A stretch of 64,000 nt of DNA, taken from the NCBI GenBank assembly GCA_965263355.1, contig CBDHHL010000056.1:1792001-1856000 (forward strand), written 5' to 3'. The DNA is from Leptolyngbyaceae cyanobacterium (GTDB taxonomy: Bacteria; Cyanobacteriota; Cyanobacteriia; Phormidesmidales; Phormidesmidaceae). Numbering within the stretch: the first letter of the stretch is position 1; each line of letters opens with the position of its first letter. A program made the translations under genes and the position numbers. Below the pieces are notes generated by a model. The model ran no database searches, was not told the origin of the DNA, and worked only from the letters and a program-made list of their open reading frames with translations. Positions 22,973 to 33,977 of this stretch are shown piece by piece.

Positions 22973-23236
22973 GTGACTGCTAAGGTCTATCGGGACTATG
23001 GGGATCGGGCGTCTACACAGTTCAGGCGCTACGGTTTACCCTTTAGTCCCTATGATTTACGCCATGCCTGGGCCATCAGGGCTAGCATTACTTTTCGGTT
23101 GCCGGATACCATTGCTGCCCAAATGATGGGGCACAGTGTTTTGGTGCATAACCGTACCTATCACCGTTGGCTGAGTCAGGCTAAATCGGATGAGGTTTAT
23201 CGAGTTGCGATCTCAACCGGCCCAAAGGCACCCTAA
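22973..23236 (+). pseudogene. C-terminal fragment of a tyrosine recombinase/integrase
   Basis: PYDLRHAWAIR (x-L-R-H box), AAQMMGHS..VHNRTYHRW (GH box and catalytic Tyr); N-terminal part absent. Confidence 0.85.
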
Positions 23237-23261
23237 ATAGACCCTAAGTACACCCTAAATA
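23230..23261 (+). repeat. Three phased direct repeats ACCCTAA(A/G)TA, 11 bp period
   Basis: Units at 23230, 23241, 23252; the first overlaps the integrase stop. Confidence 0.75.
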
Positions 23262-23421
23262 AAGAAATAAATCAGGCAGGCTTAGAAGTTATGCACCTGG
23301 GTAGGACAGGTAGGTCAAGTCTAGTAAATTCCTTATTTACCAAAATGAACGACTCTATGACCAACCTTTAAGCAATGACAGGACAAGTAGGGTAAGTAGG
23401 GCATAAAATCAAAATACCTAT

Positions 23422-23452
23422 TTCGTTTATTTCGAATAATTCGTTTATTTCG
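23422..23452. promoter_or_regulatory. Putative autoregulatory operator of the TA operon
   Basis: TTCGTTTATTTCG twice; TTCG recurs four times at 9 bp period upstream of the HTH gene. Confidence 0.55.
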
Positions 23453-23530
23453 TAGTTTGACTACATAGGTGTGAAGTCTAAAACAGGGTGGTATCTACGC
23501 CTGACATTATTTTCTAAAGGAGTAGCGTTT

Positions 23531-23998
23531 ATGGTGTCGTCAGCAAAGACTAGTAAACCTTTTATCCCCAGTGAGGCTGATACCCAGCTGTCAAAGCAAA
23601 GCAGTCGAATTTTGGCTGCTCATACATCTTCACAAGAGACTCAGCGGCTCAAAGTTGTCGAAGATGATGGCTCTGAGCAGGAAGTGACTATACCGGCTGT
23701 AGCCTTCCAATTATTGGTAGATATTCTGACTCAGATGGCACGGGGGAATGCAATTACGCTTATTCCTATCCATGCCGAGCTTACTACTCAAGAGGCTGCT
23801 GACCTGCTCAATGTGTCACGTCCTTTTTTAGTGAAACTCATTGAATCGGGTGAAATGCCACATCGGTTGGTGGGCCGTCATCGCCGTGTCCGATTTGAGG
23901 ATCTGATGGAATATAAACAGCGTACCGATACCCAGCGCATGAGTGCTTTAGATGCCTTAGCCGAGCAAGCACAAGAGCTGGGAATGGGTTACGACTAA
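23531..23998 (+). CDS. Excisionase-like HTH DNA-binding protein, putative antitoxin
   Basis: ELTTQEAADLLNVSRPFLVKL..G..P...VGRHRRV; AAAGGAG RBS before ATG 23531; 2 bp from the PIN gene. Confidence 0.88.
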   Translation: MVSSAKTSKPFIPSEADTQLSKQSSRILAAHTSSQETQRLKVVEDDGSEQEVTIPAVAFQLLVDILTQMARGNAITLIPIHAELTTQEAADLLNVSRPFLVKLIESGEMPHRLVGRHRRVRFEDLMEYKQRTDTQRMSALDALAEQAQELGMGYD

Positions 23999-24000
23999 CC

Positions 24001-24570
24001 ATGGCTTCAAGATTTACGGTTGTTTATGACGCTTGCGTACTCTATCCAGCTGCATTACGTGACCTATTAATGCAGTTGGCGTTGACAGATTTATTTCGTG
24101 CCCGCTGGACTAATGAAATCCATGATGAATGGATTCGCAATTTGCGTGAAAATCGACCAGACCTGACGATAGAGCAATTGACACGCACCAAAGAATTAAT
24201 GAACAGTAATCGTGACTGTCTGGTGGATAGCTATAAATGGCTTATTCTATCATTAGAATTGCCTGATCCAGGAGATTGCCATGTCCTGGCGGCTGCGATC
24301 AAAACGAATGCTGATGTGATTGTTACCTTTAATCAAAAAGACTTTCCAGCATCAGCCCTCGGTAAATATGAGATTGAAGCACAACATTCTGATGATTTCA
24401 TTTCTTACTTACTAGACTTGCAGCCTGCTCAGGTTGCAACTGCTGCGGAGATATGTCGAAAACGTCTAAAGAATCCGCCCAAATCAATTGACGAGTATTT
24501 AGATATTCTGCTGCGACAACAACTGACCATCACAGTGGATGTGCTGCGAGAGCTTATCTATGAGATTTAG
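24001..24570 (+). CDS. PIN-domain protein, putative toxin
   Basis: VVYDACVLYP, EIHDEW, LPDPGDCHVLAAA, IVTFNQKDF. Confidence 0.88.
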   Translation: MASRFTVVYDACVLYPAALRDLLMQLALTDLFRARWTNEIHDEWIRNLRENRPDLTIEQLTRTKELMNSNRDCLVDSYKWLILSLELPDPGDCHVLAAAIKTNADVIVTFNQKDFPASALGKYEIEAQHSDDFISYLLDLQPAQVATAAEICRKRLKNPPKSIDEYLDILLRQQLTITVDVLRELIYEI

Positions 24571-24599
24571 TCCCAGTAAAAAGCTAAGTCGCCCGTCGT

Positions 24600-25497
24600 C
24601 GCTCGGGGTCAGACTTTTGAATGATGACCGCTTAGGTCGGGTGTTAGATCGTCTCTATCAAACGAGCATCACGTCTGTGTTTTTGGCCATCTGTCTAGAA
24701 GCGGTCAAGCGGTTTGATATTCGCTGTGAGCGAGCCCACTTAGACGCCACCTCGATGAGTGTGTCTGGGGCCTATATGCAATCGAGTGATGCGGTTCCCC
24801 TAGCCGCCACCCTTCCGATTCAAGTCTGCTATGGCTATTCGCGGGACCACCGTCCCGACTTGAAACAGTTTGTGATGAATCTGGTGTGCTGGGGAGACGG
24901 CGATATCCCGGCTTTCCTCGAACTGGCCGATGGGAATCAATCGGATAAAGCGCGCTTTGCCGGGCTTCTCGGTGAGTTCCAGCAACAATGGGAGTTTGAG
25001 GGAATCCATGTCGCCGATGCGGCGCTCTACAGTGTCGATAATATACAGCAATTGGGGAGCTTGCGGTGGATCTCTCGGGTGCCATTAACCATCGTCCAAA
25101 CCAACGCCCTGATTGAGGACATCGATTTGGACCGACTTAGTCGTCAGCCATTTGCGTGTGAAGCGGATGCCCAACAGGCCTTAGAGCGGTTTGAGAAGAC
25201 GCTAAAAATCATCTCATCTCTGACTCAAGTATCGTCGAACAGCCGCACTATGACCGCCCCGGACGACCGGCCAAACATGCCACACCCACCTCTGTGAGCT
25301 ATCCCGTTCAAGCAACCTTGAGCCGAGATCCAACCGCCGACACCCTGCAACGGCGTAGAGCCGGTCGCTTTATCCTGGCCACCAATGTCTTGGCCTCCCC
25401 TAAACTCCCACTGGAGGAGTCAGACCCCGACTCAATCCAGATTTCAACCGATGAGATTCTTTCCGAATATAAGGCCCAACAGAGCACTGAACGTTGA
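24600..25497 (+). mobile_element. IS1634-family transposase pseudogene (truncated, internally deleted, frameshifted)
   Basis: LNDDRLGRVLD, HLDATS, YGYSRDHRPDLKQF, DGNQSDK, VADAALYS, WISRVP, FACEADA, then in another frame AGRFILATN..YKAQQSTER-stop. Confidence 0.88.
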
Positions 25498-25597
25498 AAA
25501 AACGCATTATTGGCAATGTGCCACTTGAGAGGGCGGAATGTCGGTTTTAAGGTAAATTGACCGAATTTTAGGCTCAGCTCTAGGAAATACCTCAAGG

Positions 25598-25837
25598 TCA
25601 ATCTGTGGTCTGACTGGTTTCATTGGGTGGGCTGATAATTGCCTGATCTTCAAGTAGCCTCAGCATTGTGATAAGAGTTTCTATTTTTGCGCCTTTATAG
25701 CGTTTGCGCTCACGCTGCTCAAGGGCCTGTTTGCTAACACCAAGGGCATTAGCCGCATCAGTCATGGTTGGAAAAACAAGCTTCCTAGCAGCAATCAATT
25801 TATCCGGTAGGGTTTCTAGCCAGTCAGATGCTTTCAT
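25598..25837 (-). CDS. Small XRE-like HTH protein
   Basis: LIAARK..TMTDAANALGVSKQALEQRE..Y.GAKIETL. Confidence 0.65.
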   Translation of the reverse strand: MKASDWLETLPDKLIAARKLVFPTMTDAANALGVSKQALEQRERKRYKGAKIETLITMLRLLEDQAIISPPNETSQTTD

Positions 25838-26206
25838 GGTGAGTCAAGCTGTAAGTATGGCAAAACAATATAGCTAACCAACTTCAGACTGTCAACGGGG
25901 ATCGCCTAATGCCAGGCTTTACAGCGTCTATAACCAGATTGAAAACTCGATGATAGGTTAAGGAGTTCAAGGACCGATTAATACAAATGCATTAGTCATG
26001 CCTCGGCACTATCGTCTCTAATGCATAGCTTTCCTAGAATGCATTAGGCCAAAGCAGCTATATGGGAGACAAATCACGTAACACATAAGTATAATTTGCA
26101 ACTCCGAACCTATCCAAGGGCATGCTGAAAGCAACGTCAGCCAGATGTAATGGCAAACAAAAAGATTAAGGCACTGCAATACAACGATTCTCTAGGTTGC
26201 TTTTCA

Positions 26207-27256
26207 ATGATTAGCGTTTTAGAACATGTCGACCGCTTAGTAGATTTACGACCCACCTTTAGTCGTCTCTTTCCCGAAAAAATTGGCCTAGATTTTTCAA
26301 TTGCGATTCCCACTTACAACGGAGCTGAGCGATTGGGGTCTGTTCTAGAAGCAATACGCTGGCAGTTAAATACCCATAAACTCAGCTGGGAAGTGATTGT
26401 CGTTGATAATAACAGCACGGATAGTACCGCTGACATTGTTCAACAGTACCAGCGTCAATGGGATCGTTCAGCACCACTTCGCTATGCATTTGAGCCAAAG
26501 CAAGGTGCTGCTTACGCCAGACAAACTGCCATTAAGATTGCGACCAGTCCACTAGTAGGATTTTTAGATGACGATACGCTGCCTAGCATGACCTGGTTAG
26601 TGTCAGCCTATGGCTTTGCCCACAAGCATCCAAAGGCTGGTGTGATTGCTAGCCGCATTCGAGGAAAGTTTGAAACAGCACCTCCAAAGAATTTTGAGCG
26701 AATAGCATCTCTGTTAGCCCTTACTGAACGTGGTTCCCAACCCCTGATGTATCGTCCTAGTCAAAAAGTTGTTCCACCATCAGCCGGAATGGTGGTTAGG
26801 CGTCAAGCTTGGATAGATAATGTTCCTGAAGAACTCGTTTTAACAGGCCGTACCAGCACCAGCATGTTGACTGGAGAAGATACGGAATCAATTTTGCACA
26901 TTCAGCGAGCAGGTTGGGAGGTTTGGTACAACCCCGAAATGCGTTTGCAACATCAAATTCCCAGCTCTCGATTAACTCGCCAATATCTGCAAAAACTTTG
27001 CCATGGTATCGGCCTGAGCCGTTATCGCACGCGCATGCTGGCGACTTCACTATGGCTACGCCCGCTAATGCTGTCTTTATATATGGCAAATGATATCCGC
27101 AAAATACTGCGCCATTGCTTTCGCCATCGTCGTAATGTTATCCAGGATGATGTTACGGCTTGTGAGCTAACATTGTATACCGCTAGCTTAATCAGTCCTT
27201 TTTTCATGGCTCAACGCAGTATTAAGCAACGAATGCAAAAGCATGAGGGCTGTTAA
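26207..27256 (+). CDS. hpsE: GT2 glycosyltransferase, hormogonium polysaccharide HpsE-like
   Basis: IAIPTYNGAERL, VVDNNSTD, FLDDD, GED, GWEVWYNP.M...HQIP..RL, GIGLSR..TRML; start 26150 or 26207. Confidence 0.75.
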   Translation: MISVLEHVDRLVDLRPTFSRLFPEKIGLDFSIAIPTYNGAERLGSVLEAIRWQLNTHKLSWEVIVVDNNSTDSTADIVQQYQRQWDRSAPLRYAFEPKQGAAYARQTAIKIATSPLVGFLDDDTLPSMTWLVSAYGFAHKHPKAGVIASRIRGKFETAPPKNFERIASLLALTERGSQPLMYRPSQKVVPPSAGMVVRRQAWIDNVPEELVLTGRTSTSMLTGEDTESILHIQRAGWEVWYNPEMRLQHQIPSSRLTRQYLQKLCHGIGLSRYRTRMLATSLWLRPLMLSLYMANDIRKILRHCFRHRRNVIQDDVTACELTLYTASLISPFFMAQRSIKQRMQKHEGC

Positions 27257-27274
27257 GCTAAAGGCAAACGGCCA

Positions 27275-27877
27275 CTATCTAACCACTTGCCGTTGAAGAT
27301 AGCTTTCTAAGCGATCAACATCGTCAGGTAATAAAACATTCAGCCTGCCCGTGGTGATTACACCATTAATATCAGGAGTTACTTCAATCCAGTAAGCATA
27401 AATGCTTCCCAAACGTACTTCACCCTGAATGGTATTGGTCTCAGAAGTATAGCTATAGATGGGCTGCGCCCGACGATAGTCAGCATAAGTATCTGGGCCA
27501 TAAAGGATCCGTAGAGATTCTTCTAGCCGAGCAGTGGTAACTTGCTCATCGTAATCAACTAGGATAAATTCCTCACGACGCACAATACTTAAATTCTGCG
27601 GGCTGCTTGAGTTTGGCCATGCAGAATTATTCCCAGAACGTCGAAAACCGCCAACGGGAAAAACACTTGCTTGAAATGAAAAACGACGGGAAGGGATGTC
27701 GGCCCGATGAACCCTCAAACCCTCACTGCTACTAGCGCGTAGGGTGGGGTGACCCTGCATCCAAGTTTTGACTTCGTTGACAGAATATCCTGGCAACCCA
27801 TATCCAGGACGAGCAGACAATAAAAATGGTAGGCCAATTCCCAGAGCAAATAGTCCCAGGCCGATACGCTTCTTCAT
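27275..27877 (-). CDS. Conserved exported hypothetical protein
   Basis: Signal-like N-terminus, LPG..EV..W...HPTL, RLEESLR.LYG...YADY. Confidence 0.7.
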   Translation of the reverse strand: MKKRIGLGLFALGIGLPFLLSARPGYGLPGYSVNEVKTWMQGHPTLRASSSEGLRVHRADIPSRRFSFQASVFPVGGFRRSGNNSAWPNSSSPQNLSIVRREEFILVDYDEQVTTARLEESLRILYGPDTYADYRRAQPIYSYTSETNTIQGEVRLGSIYAYWIEVTPDINGVITTGRLNVLLPDDVDRLESYLQRQVVR

Positions 27878-27967
27878 AGCTCCTACTGCGATTTCAATTT
27901 ATTTATCTTGATTAGACTTCCCAGAAAGAGCCTGTGAATACGCTTGTAATGGTACCCTTATCAAATT

Positions 27968-29452
27968 TTAAAGAGTGCCAAACCCTTTTTTCTTTTTCTT
28001 CTTTTTGCTCTTTTTAGCGCCTGCACTATAGCCACGAAAGCCAGGCCGTCCCCCTCCCATGCCGGGCATACCGCCCATACCAGGCATACCGCCCATACCA
28101 GGCATACCGCCCATGCCAGGCATACCGCCCATACCGGGCATACCGCCCATGCCTCCTTGCCCCATTTGTTTCATCATGGAGCGCATCTTTTGGAAATCGC
28201 TGACGAGTTTACTAACATCTTTATCTCCATAGCCAGAGCCTTTAGCAATTCGACGACGGCGACCTGGAGAGTTGGCGAGTAGATCGGGATCTTCACGCTC
28301 CTGTTTAGTCATGGAATTGATCATAGCTTCACAGCGTCGCAACTGGGTTTCCCCCTGCTGCAGCTGGTCTGCAGATAATTTATTAGACATACCAGGAATC
28401 AATTTCATAATCCCGGTTAATGAGCCCATGTTTTTCATCAAGCGGGTTTGCTTGAGAAAGTCGTTAAAGTCAAATCGGGCTTCTAGAATCTTAGCCTGAA
28501 GCTTTTCCGCATCAGCAATGTCAACTTCTTCTTGAGCTTTTTCGACTAAGGTGAGCACATCACCCATACCTAGAATGCGGGATGCCATACGGTCTGGATA
28601 GAAGGGTTGTAGAGCTTCTACCTTTTCTCCAATGCCGATAAATTTAATTGGCTTGCCCGAAATCTGACGAATTGATAAAGCAGCACCACCACGGGAGTCA
28701 CCATCCATTTTGGTGAGTATAGCGCCGGTGATCCCAATTTCTTCGTGAAATGTCTGGGTTAGAGTGGCGGCTTCTTGTCCTGTCATGGCATCCACCACTA
28801 GCAAGACTTCATCAGGACTAATGGCTGTTTTGATTTGCTCCAGCTCAACCATCATGTCCTGATCAATTTGTAATCGACCAGCGGTGTCCACAATCACCGT
28901 ATCCACACCCTCTGCTTTTGCGTTAGCGATCCCTGCCTTAGCAATATCCACAGGATTCGCAGCGGTACCCATTTCAAAGACAGGTACATCAATTTGTTTA
29001 CCCAGGGTAATTAGCTGGTCTACGGCGGCTGGACGATAGACGTCGGTTGCCACCAACATGGCTGATCGTTCTTGCTTACGCAGATGCAGGGCTAGTTTTG
29101 CCGAAGCAGTCGTTTTACCGGTTCCCTGTAGACCGGCCATGAGCACTACAGTAGGTTTTCTGTTGGCATCGGCTAGGGGTTCATTGGCATCCCCCATGAG
29201 GGAAACTAGCTCATCGTAGACAATTTTGATGAACTGCTGATCGGGGGCAACGCCAGTCACCACCTCGGCTCCTTGAGCCTTTTCTTGAACGTCAGCGATA
29301 AAATCTTTAACTACGTTAAAGCTGACATCAGCTTCTAATAACGCTCGTCTAACTTCCCGGAGTGCCTCTTTGATATTGGAATCGGAGATTTTATCTTGAC
29401 CGCGCAGGGTCTTCCAAGCGGATTCAAATCTTTCTGAGAGGGCTTCAAACAT
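27968..29452 (-). CDS. ffh: Signal recognition particle protein Ffh
   Basis: GLQGTGKTT, DTAGR, TKMDGDSRGGAALS, PDRMASRILGMGD, Met-rich M domain. Confidence 0.99.
   Translation of the reverse strand: MFEALSERFESAWKTLRGQDKISDSNIKEALREVRRALLEADVSFNVVKDFIADVQEKAQGAEVVTGVAPDQQFIKIVYDELVSLMGDANEPLADANRKPTVVLMAGLQGTGKTTASAKLALHLRKQERSAMLVATDVYRPAAVDQLITLGKQIDVPVFEMGTAANPVDIAKAGIANAKAEGVDTVIVDTAGRLQIDQDMMVELEQIKTAISPDEVLLVVDAMTGQEAATLTQTFHEEIGITGAILTKMDGDSRGGAALSIRQISGKPIKFIGIGEKVEALQPFYPDRMASRILGMGDVLTLVEKAQEEVDIADAEKLQAKILEARFDFNDFLKQTRLMKNMGSLTGIMKLIPGMSNKLSADQLQQGETQLRRCEAMINSMTKQEREDPDLLANSPGRRRRIAKGSGYGDKDVSKLVSDFQKMRSMMKQMGQGGMGGMPGMGGMPGMGGMPGMGGMPGMGGMPGMGGGRPGFRGYSAGAKKSKKKKKKKGFGTL
28056..28153 (-). 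repeat. Coding tandem repeat, five 18 bp units (MGGMPG) in ffh
   Basis: cccatRccRggcataccg x5. Confidence 0.9.
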
Positions 29453-29569
29453 GGGAAGAAGGAAATCGGTTAACCGGAGTATTGTTCCATACTAATAGCT
29501 TTGCCTGCGTCTACCGAATATCCAATCCACAAACACTTGCTATGCTGCTGTAGTTGCCAAGCTAAAACG

Positions 29570-30547
29570 ATGAACGGTGATAAAAAACGAGCGCCCAATA
29601 ACCGCACATTGGTTTTAAGTACAAATGACCGCCTTGTATACCGTCAAAAGCTCGTTACGCTCACCTCAGATAAAACGCCCCAGGCGTTTGAAAACATTAC
29701 GATCTGGCAAGATACGTTTAACGTATTGCCGAGGCTACCTGATTGTTTTATTGATTTATTAATTGTTGATCCGCCTTATAACCGTTCCAAAGTTTTTAAC
29801 CAATCTACATTTGTCCACCGTTCCCTAGAGGCTTATGAAACCTGGCTAGATGGTTGGATGTCCCAGGTTGTCAGATTGCTCAAACCCAATGCATCAGCCT
29901 ATGTTTGCTGTGATTGGCAATCGTCACCTGCAGTGTACAGTATTTTTTCTCGCTATTTTATTGTGCGAAACCGGATCACTTGGGAACGGGAAAAGGGACG
30001 GGGATCAAAACAAAATTGGAAAAACTCGTCGGAAGATATTTGGTTTGGCACATTATCTGAAAACTATTGGTTTGACGTTGAAGCGGTCAAACTTAAACGC
30101 CGAGTGCTGGCACCGTATCGCGATCGCAATGGTAAACCAAAAGACTGGCAGCCAACAGATAATGGAAAGTTCCGGATCACCCATCCATCTAATTTATGGA
30201 CAGACATCTCGATTCCATTCTGGTCAATGCCAGAAAATACTGACCATCCTACCCAAAAACCAGAAAAGCTGATCGCTAAAATTATTTTGGCTAGTAGCCA
30301 ACCTGGAGATATAGTGTTTGATCCATTTTTAGGATCAGGTACCACATCCGTTGTCGCGAAGAAACTAGGCCGTCGCTATATTGGCATCGAAATGGATGAA
30401 GAATACGCTTGCATCGCCGAAAAAAGATTGGATTTAGCTACATCTCAACCTGAGATCCAAGGTTACGCTGGCGGATATTTTTGGGAGCGCAATAGCCTGA
30501 TTGCTCAACAGCAGGCTCGCAGACAGGCGGGAAATGCAGAATGTTAA
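29570..30547 (+). CDS. Orphan beta-class N6-adenine/N4-cytosine DNA methyltransferase
   Basis: DPPY precedes HPTQKP and FDPFLGSGTT; no adjacent endonuclease. Confidence 0.92.
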   Translation: MNGDKKRAPNNRTLVLSTNDRLVYRQKLVTLTSDKTPQAFENITIWQDTFNVLPRLPDCFIDLLIVDPPYNRSKVFNQSTFVHRSLEAYETWLDGWMSQVVRLLKPNASAYVCCDWQSSPAVYSIFSRYFIVRNRITWEREKGRGSKQNWKNSSEDIWFGTLSENYWFDVEAVKLKRRVLAPYRDRNGKPKDWQPTDNGKFRITHPSNLWTDISIPFWSMPENTDHPTQKPEKLIAKIILASSQPGDIVFDPFLGSGTTSVVAKKLGRRYIGIEMDEEYACIAEKRLDLATSQPEIQGYAGGYFWERNSLIAQQQARRQAGNAEC

Positions 30548-31264
30548 GGATGACAGACGAGAAAATGCCCTAAAAATTTCCGGAAAGACATTTCTTCACC
30601 ACAAGCTCCAGGTTGGCTTAGTTATAGGTTTACATCAGTTAAACTTGTTCTAATTCCATAGAACAAGTTCGACAATTATGAATTCAGACAACAACTGAAA
30701 AGAATCCGTTAATCTACGGTTTTTTAGGGAATCGCTATTGTTGTTGTAGGCCAGTCATTACAAATTCTAAAAACTGTCTCTGAGAAGCTTTATATCTTAA
30801 CTGGGTGCCTCATAATAGGAACATAAATTTGGCGAAAGCATACGTAAGTAGCAGGTAAAAAACTCAGGACGGCACAGCACTGTTTTGACATTGAGCAGCA
30901 ACCATCATTGGATTTAATTTGAATTTTTCGGTCCAACCGTAGTGCTCATAATCTTTAGATACTAGTGAGCTTGGATGTCGTCTTGTTTAAAGCCTGGTTT
31001 TCTGTAGGTTGTAAGTTTTACTGCAGTTAACTTGGTAGCCTCGTTGATTTTAGGCGGAGCGAGTCAGTCTTAGCATTGCGATTGCGATGCTACCGAGACG
31101 ATTGTTTTGGCGCTCTCGTCAAACTTATTGTCAGCATAGTTACTTTTCTAGATCTGATTGGTTACTCAGAGCTTGGTCAATCGTATTGACGTTTTACCAA
31201 GGCTTAGAACATCGTGACTTTGGTTTAGAAAAAATATTGTTAGAGGGGCAAATAGAAGCCAACC

Positions 31265-31909
31265 ATGGTCGCATCTAAACTAAAGCAGTTAAGTAAGCAA
31301 GGACTGCTAATTTTAAGCATCGTCAGCCTCATGGGAGGGATCAAAGCTGCCAGCAACTTTGTCAATGTCGCCGATGCAATTGTCAGTCAGCCACAAACAA
31401 CTTCTAACTCTCCTGATATAGAGACAGCAGAGTTTTTGGTCTGTAGCGAAGTAACTGACTGGCAGCGCCCCAGCCAGGAACAGCAACAAAAGCAGCTGAT
31501 TAGCGATGAACGCTATGGTGCGCTTTTAGAGGATAAAGATTTTCAGCAATTTGCTGCTCAGTTTTGGCAGCACGATGTTCTCAGCTTTACCACTTATGGT
31601 CTCAGTGCGCGCATGGAACCTGTGAATTTATCAGGCCTGCAATCTGTCGCTGATGATGTCTGGACAAATTGCTACAGCCAGGATGAGGGGAATGCTATCA
31701 ATGCAGGCACTCTGGCTGAGGCCTGGCTAATGCATTATCGGGTCGTTGAACTGCAGTGGCAGAACAACCACTATGTCATGGTAGTAGAGCCCAGCAATCA
31801 GGGCATGCAGGTAGTTCAGTTTGCACGTCACGAATCAGAAGCGGCATTACCCCTGACGGTGATCACCCCTCAAGGAACTGTGGTTGACCACTATACTGCT
31901 GACTGGTAA
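31265..31909 (+). CDS. Exported hypothetical protein
   Basis: 214 aa ORF with N-terminal hydrophobic segment; YGLSAR.EP..LSG. Confidence 0.7.
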   Translation: MVASKLKQLSKQGLLILSIVSLMGGIKAASNFVNVADAIVSQPQTTSNSPDIETAEFLVCSEVTDWQRPSQEQQQKQLISDERYGALLEDKDFQQFAAQFWQHDVLSFTTYGLSARMEPVNLSGLQSVADDVWTNCYSQDEGNAINAGTLAEAWLMHYRVVELQWQNNHYVMVVEPSNQGMQVVQFARHESEAALPLTVITPQGTVVDHYTADW

Positions 31910-32027
31910 ATGCCTCAACTGGTTTTCAGACAGTCGGCATCGGACAGTACAAACAGTACAATAGGATTTACTCCAGAGCTGTTTCAGCCTGGATATTGTG
32001 CAATGCTCACTGAGCTGAAACACTTTC

Positions 32028-33665
32028 ATGACCTCCACCCTATCGTCCACAGCAAATATTGATGCCGCCGTTGAGCAACGTCGTAACTTTGCTATTATTT
32101 CTCATCCTGACGCCGGTAAAACGACACTGACCGAAAAACTCCTTCTCTACGGAGGTGCTATCCATGAAGCAGGCTCCGTTAAAGCTCGACGGGCTCAGCG
32201 GCATGCCGTTTCTGATTGGATGGAACTAGAACAGCAGCGGGGCATCTCGATTACATCAACGGTGTTGCAGTTTACCTATAGCGACTATCGGATTAATCTA
32301 CTGGATACACCAGGACACCAAGACTTTAGTGAAGACACCTACCGTACCCTGGCAGCTGCCGATAATGCCGTCATGTTGGAAGATGCGGCCAAAGGGTTAG
32401 AGCCTCAAACGCGCAAACTGTTTGAAGTGTGTAAAATGCGTGGGCTGCCAATTTTCACTTTTTTTAATAAGTTAGATCGCCCTGGGCAAGAGCCTCTAGC
32501 CTTACTCGATGAAATTGAAAAAGAACTAGAGCTTTTTACCTACGCCGTTAACTGGCCCATTGGCATGGGGGACCGATTTAAGGGCGTTTTTGATCGACGC
32601 AAAAAACAGGTACATCTATTTGAGCGTTCTGCCCATGGAAGTAAAGCTGCGGCAAACACTGTTCTGGAATGGGGTGATCCTCGTATTGAGGCAATGATCG
32701 ATGACGACGAAGTGTATGGCCAGTTTCTGGAAGAGCTAGAAATGCTTGATGAACTGGGCCCAGAATTGGATTTGGAACTCGTCCATAGCGGGGAAATGAC
32801 CCCTGTATTTTTTGGCAGTGCCATGACCAACTTTGGTGTGGAGCTGTTTTTACGGTCGTTTTTGGACTTTGCTCTACAGCCTAGTCCGCGGGAAAGTACG
32901 GTTGGGATGGTTCCTCCCACCAGAGAAGAGTTTTCTGGATTTGTGTTTAAGCTACAGGCCAATATGGATCCAAAACATAGAGACCGGGTAGCCTTTGTCC
33001 GTGTGTGCTCTGGCCGTTTTGAAAAAGACATGGTGGTCAACCATGCTCGATCGGGCAAAAACGTGCGGCTATCCCATCCACAAAAGTTGTTTGGTCAAGG
33101 ACGAGAGTCATTAGATGCAGCCTATCCAGGTGACGTCATTGGTCTGAATAATCCGGGGGTATTTGCTATTGGCGATACCATTTATCAGGGCAAAAAGCTG
33201 GAGTATGAGGGTATTCCGTTTTTCTCCCCTGAGCTGTTTGCCTATCTCAAGAATCCCAACCCGTCTAAGTTTAAACAGTTTCGTAAAGGTGTAACTGAGC
33301 TGCGAGAGGAGGGTGCTGTTCAGATTATGTATTCAGCGGATGAATCAAAGCGGGATCCAATTCTGGCGGCTGTGGGACAGCTACAATTTGAGGTCGTGCA
33401 GTTTAGACTGAGAAATGAATATAACGTTGATACAACCCTAGAAATGTTGCCCTACAGTGTTGCCCGTTGGGTGACTGGTGGATGGGATGCTTTAAAGGAT
33501 GCTGGTCGGTTGTTTAATACGGTGACTGTAAAGGATAGCTATGGGCGTCCGGTGTTACTGTTTCGCAATGAGTGGAATTGTCAGCAGGTGGAAGGGGAGC
33601 ATCCGAAGTTGGCATTGAGTAAAACAGCGCCAGTAGTGTCGGGAAAGGAACCAGAGGATATATAG
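32028..33665 (+). CDS. prfC: Peptide chain release factor 3
   Basis: [44 protein letters not shown]. Confidence 0.99.
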   Translation: MTSTLSSTANIDAAVEQRRNFAIISHPDAGKTTLTEKLLLYGGAIHEAGSVKARRAQRHAVSDWMELEQQRGISITSTVLQFTYSDYRINLLDTPGHQDFSEDTYRTLAAADNAVMLEDAAKGLEPQTRKLFEVCKMRGLPIFTFFNKLDRPGQEPLALLDEIEKELELFTYAVNWPIGMGDRFKGVFDRRKKQVHLFERSAHGSKAAANTVLEWGDPRIEAMIDDDEVYGQFLEELEMLDELGPELDLELVHSGEMTPVFFGSAMTNFGVELFLRSFLDFALQPSPRESTVGMVPPTREEFSGFVFKLQANMDPKHRDRVAFVRVCSGRFEKDMVVNHARSGKNVRLSHPQKLFGQGRESLDAAYPGDVIGLNNPGVFAIGDTIYQGKKLEYEGIPFFSPELFAYLKNPNPSKFKQFRKGVTELREEGAVQIMYSADESKRDPILAAVGQLQFEVVQFRLRNEYNVDTTLEMLPYSVARWVTGGWDALKDAGRLFNTVTVKDSYGRPVLLFRNEWNCQQVEGEHPKLALSKTAPVVSGKEPEDI

Positions 33666-33706
33666 GGAGGAGTGAGATTTGTTACTGGGGGATTGGCACT
33701 ACTCCC

Positions 33707-33864
33707 CACCCCCTCTAACTCCCCCCTTTATAAGGGGGAGAACTGGAATTTCCCCCCTTATAAAGGGGGGATTAAGTTAAAGGAGGGATTAAGTGGGGTA
33801 ATGAAGGATTTTGAGTCCTCTTACGAGATGTGTCTACACCGTAGCCCTCTATGGGGGTATGGGG
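33707..33864. repeat. Mosaic of REP-like palindromes
   Basis: CTCCCCCCTT-tat-AAGGGGGAG and TCCCCCCTT-ata-AAGGGGGGA hairpins, GGGATTAAG twice, then ATGTGTCTACACCGTAGC. Confidence 0.8.
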
Positions 33865-33977
33865 TTTTGAGTTTTCTCACTACGTCACTCAATTGCAGGG
33901 AATTCTGGCTATTTGTTTAACTGGGCGTTGACCTTTCTGAAGACAGAATATTATAGGCACAAAGAATAGGGCATGTT

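Noticed and set aside
32540..33058. Long antisense ORF in prfC and similar shadow ORFs
   Set aside because: Antisense or alternate-frame shadows of well-supported genes with no motifs
33672..33920. 82 aa ORF
   Set aside because: Translation of the REP mosaic (SPLYKG, PPYKGG)
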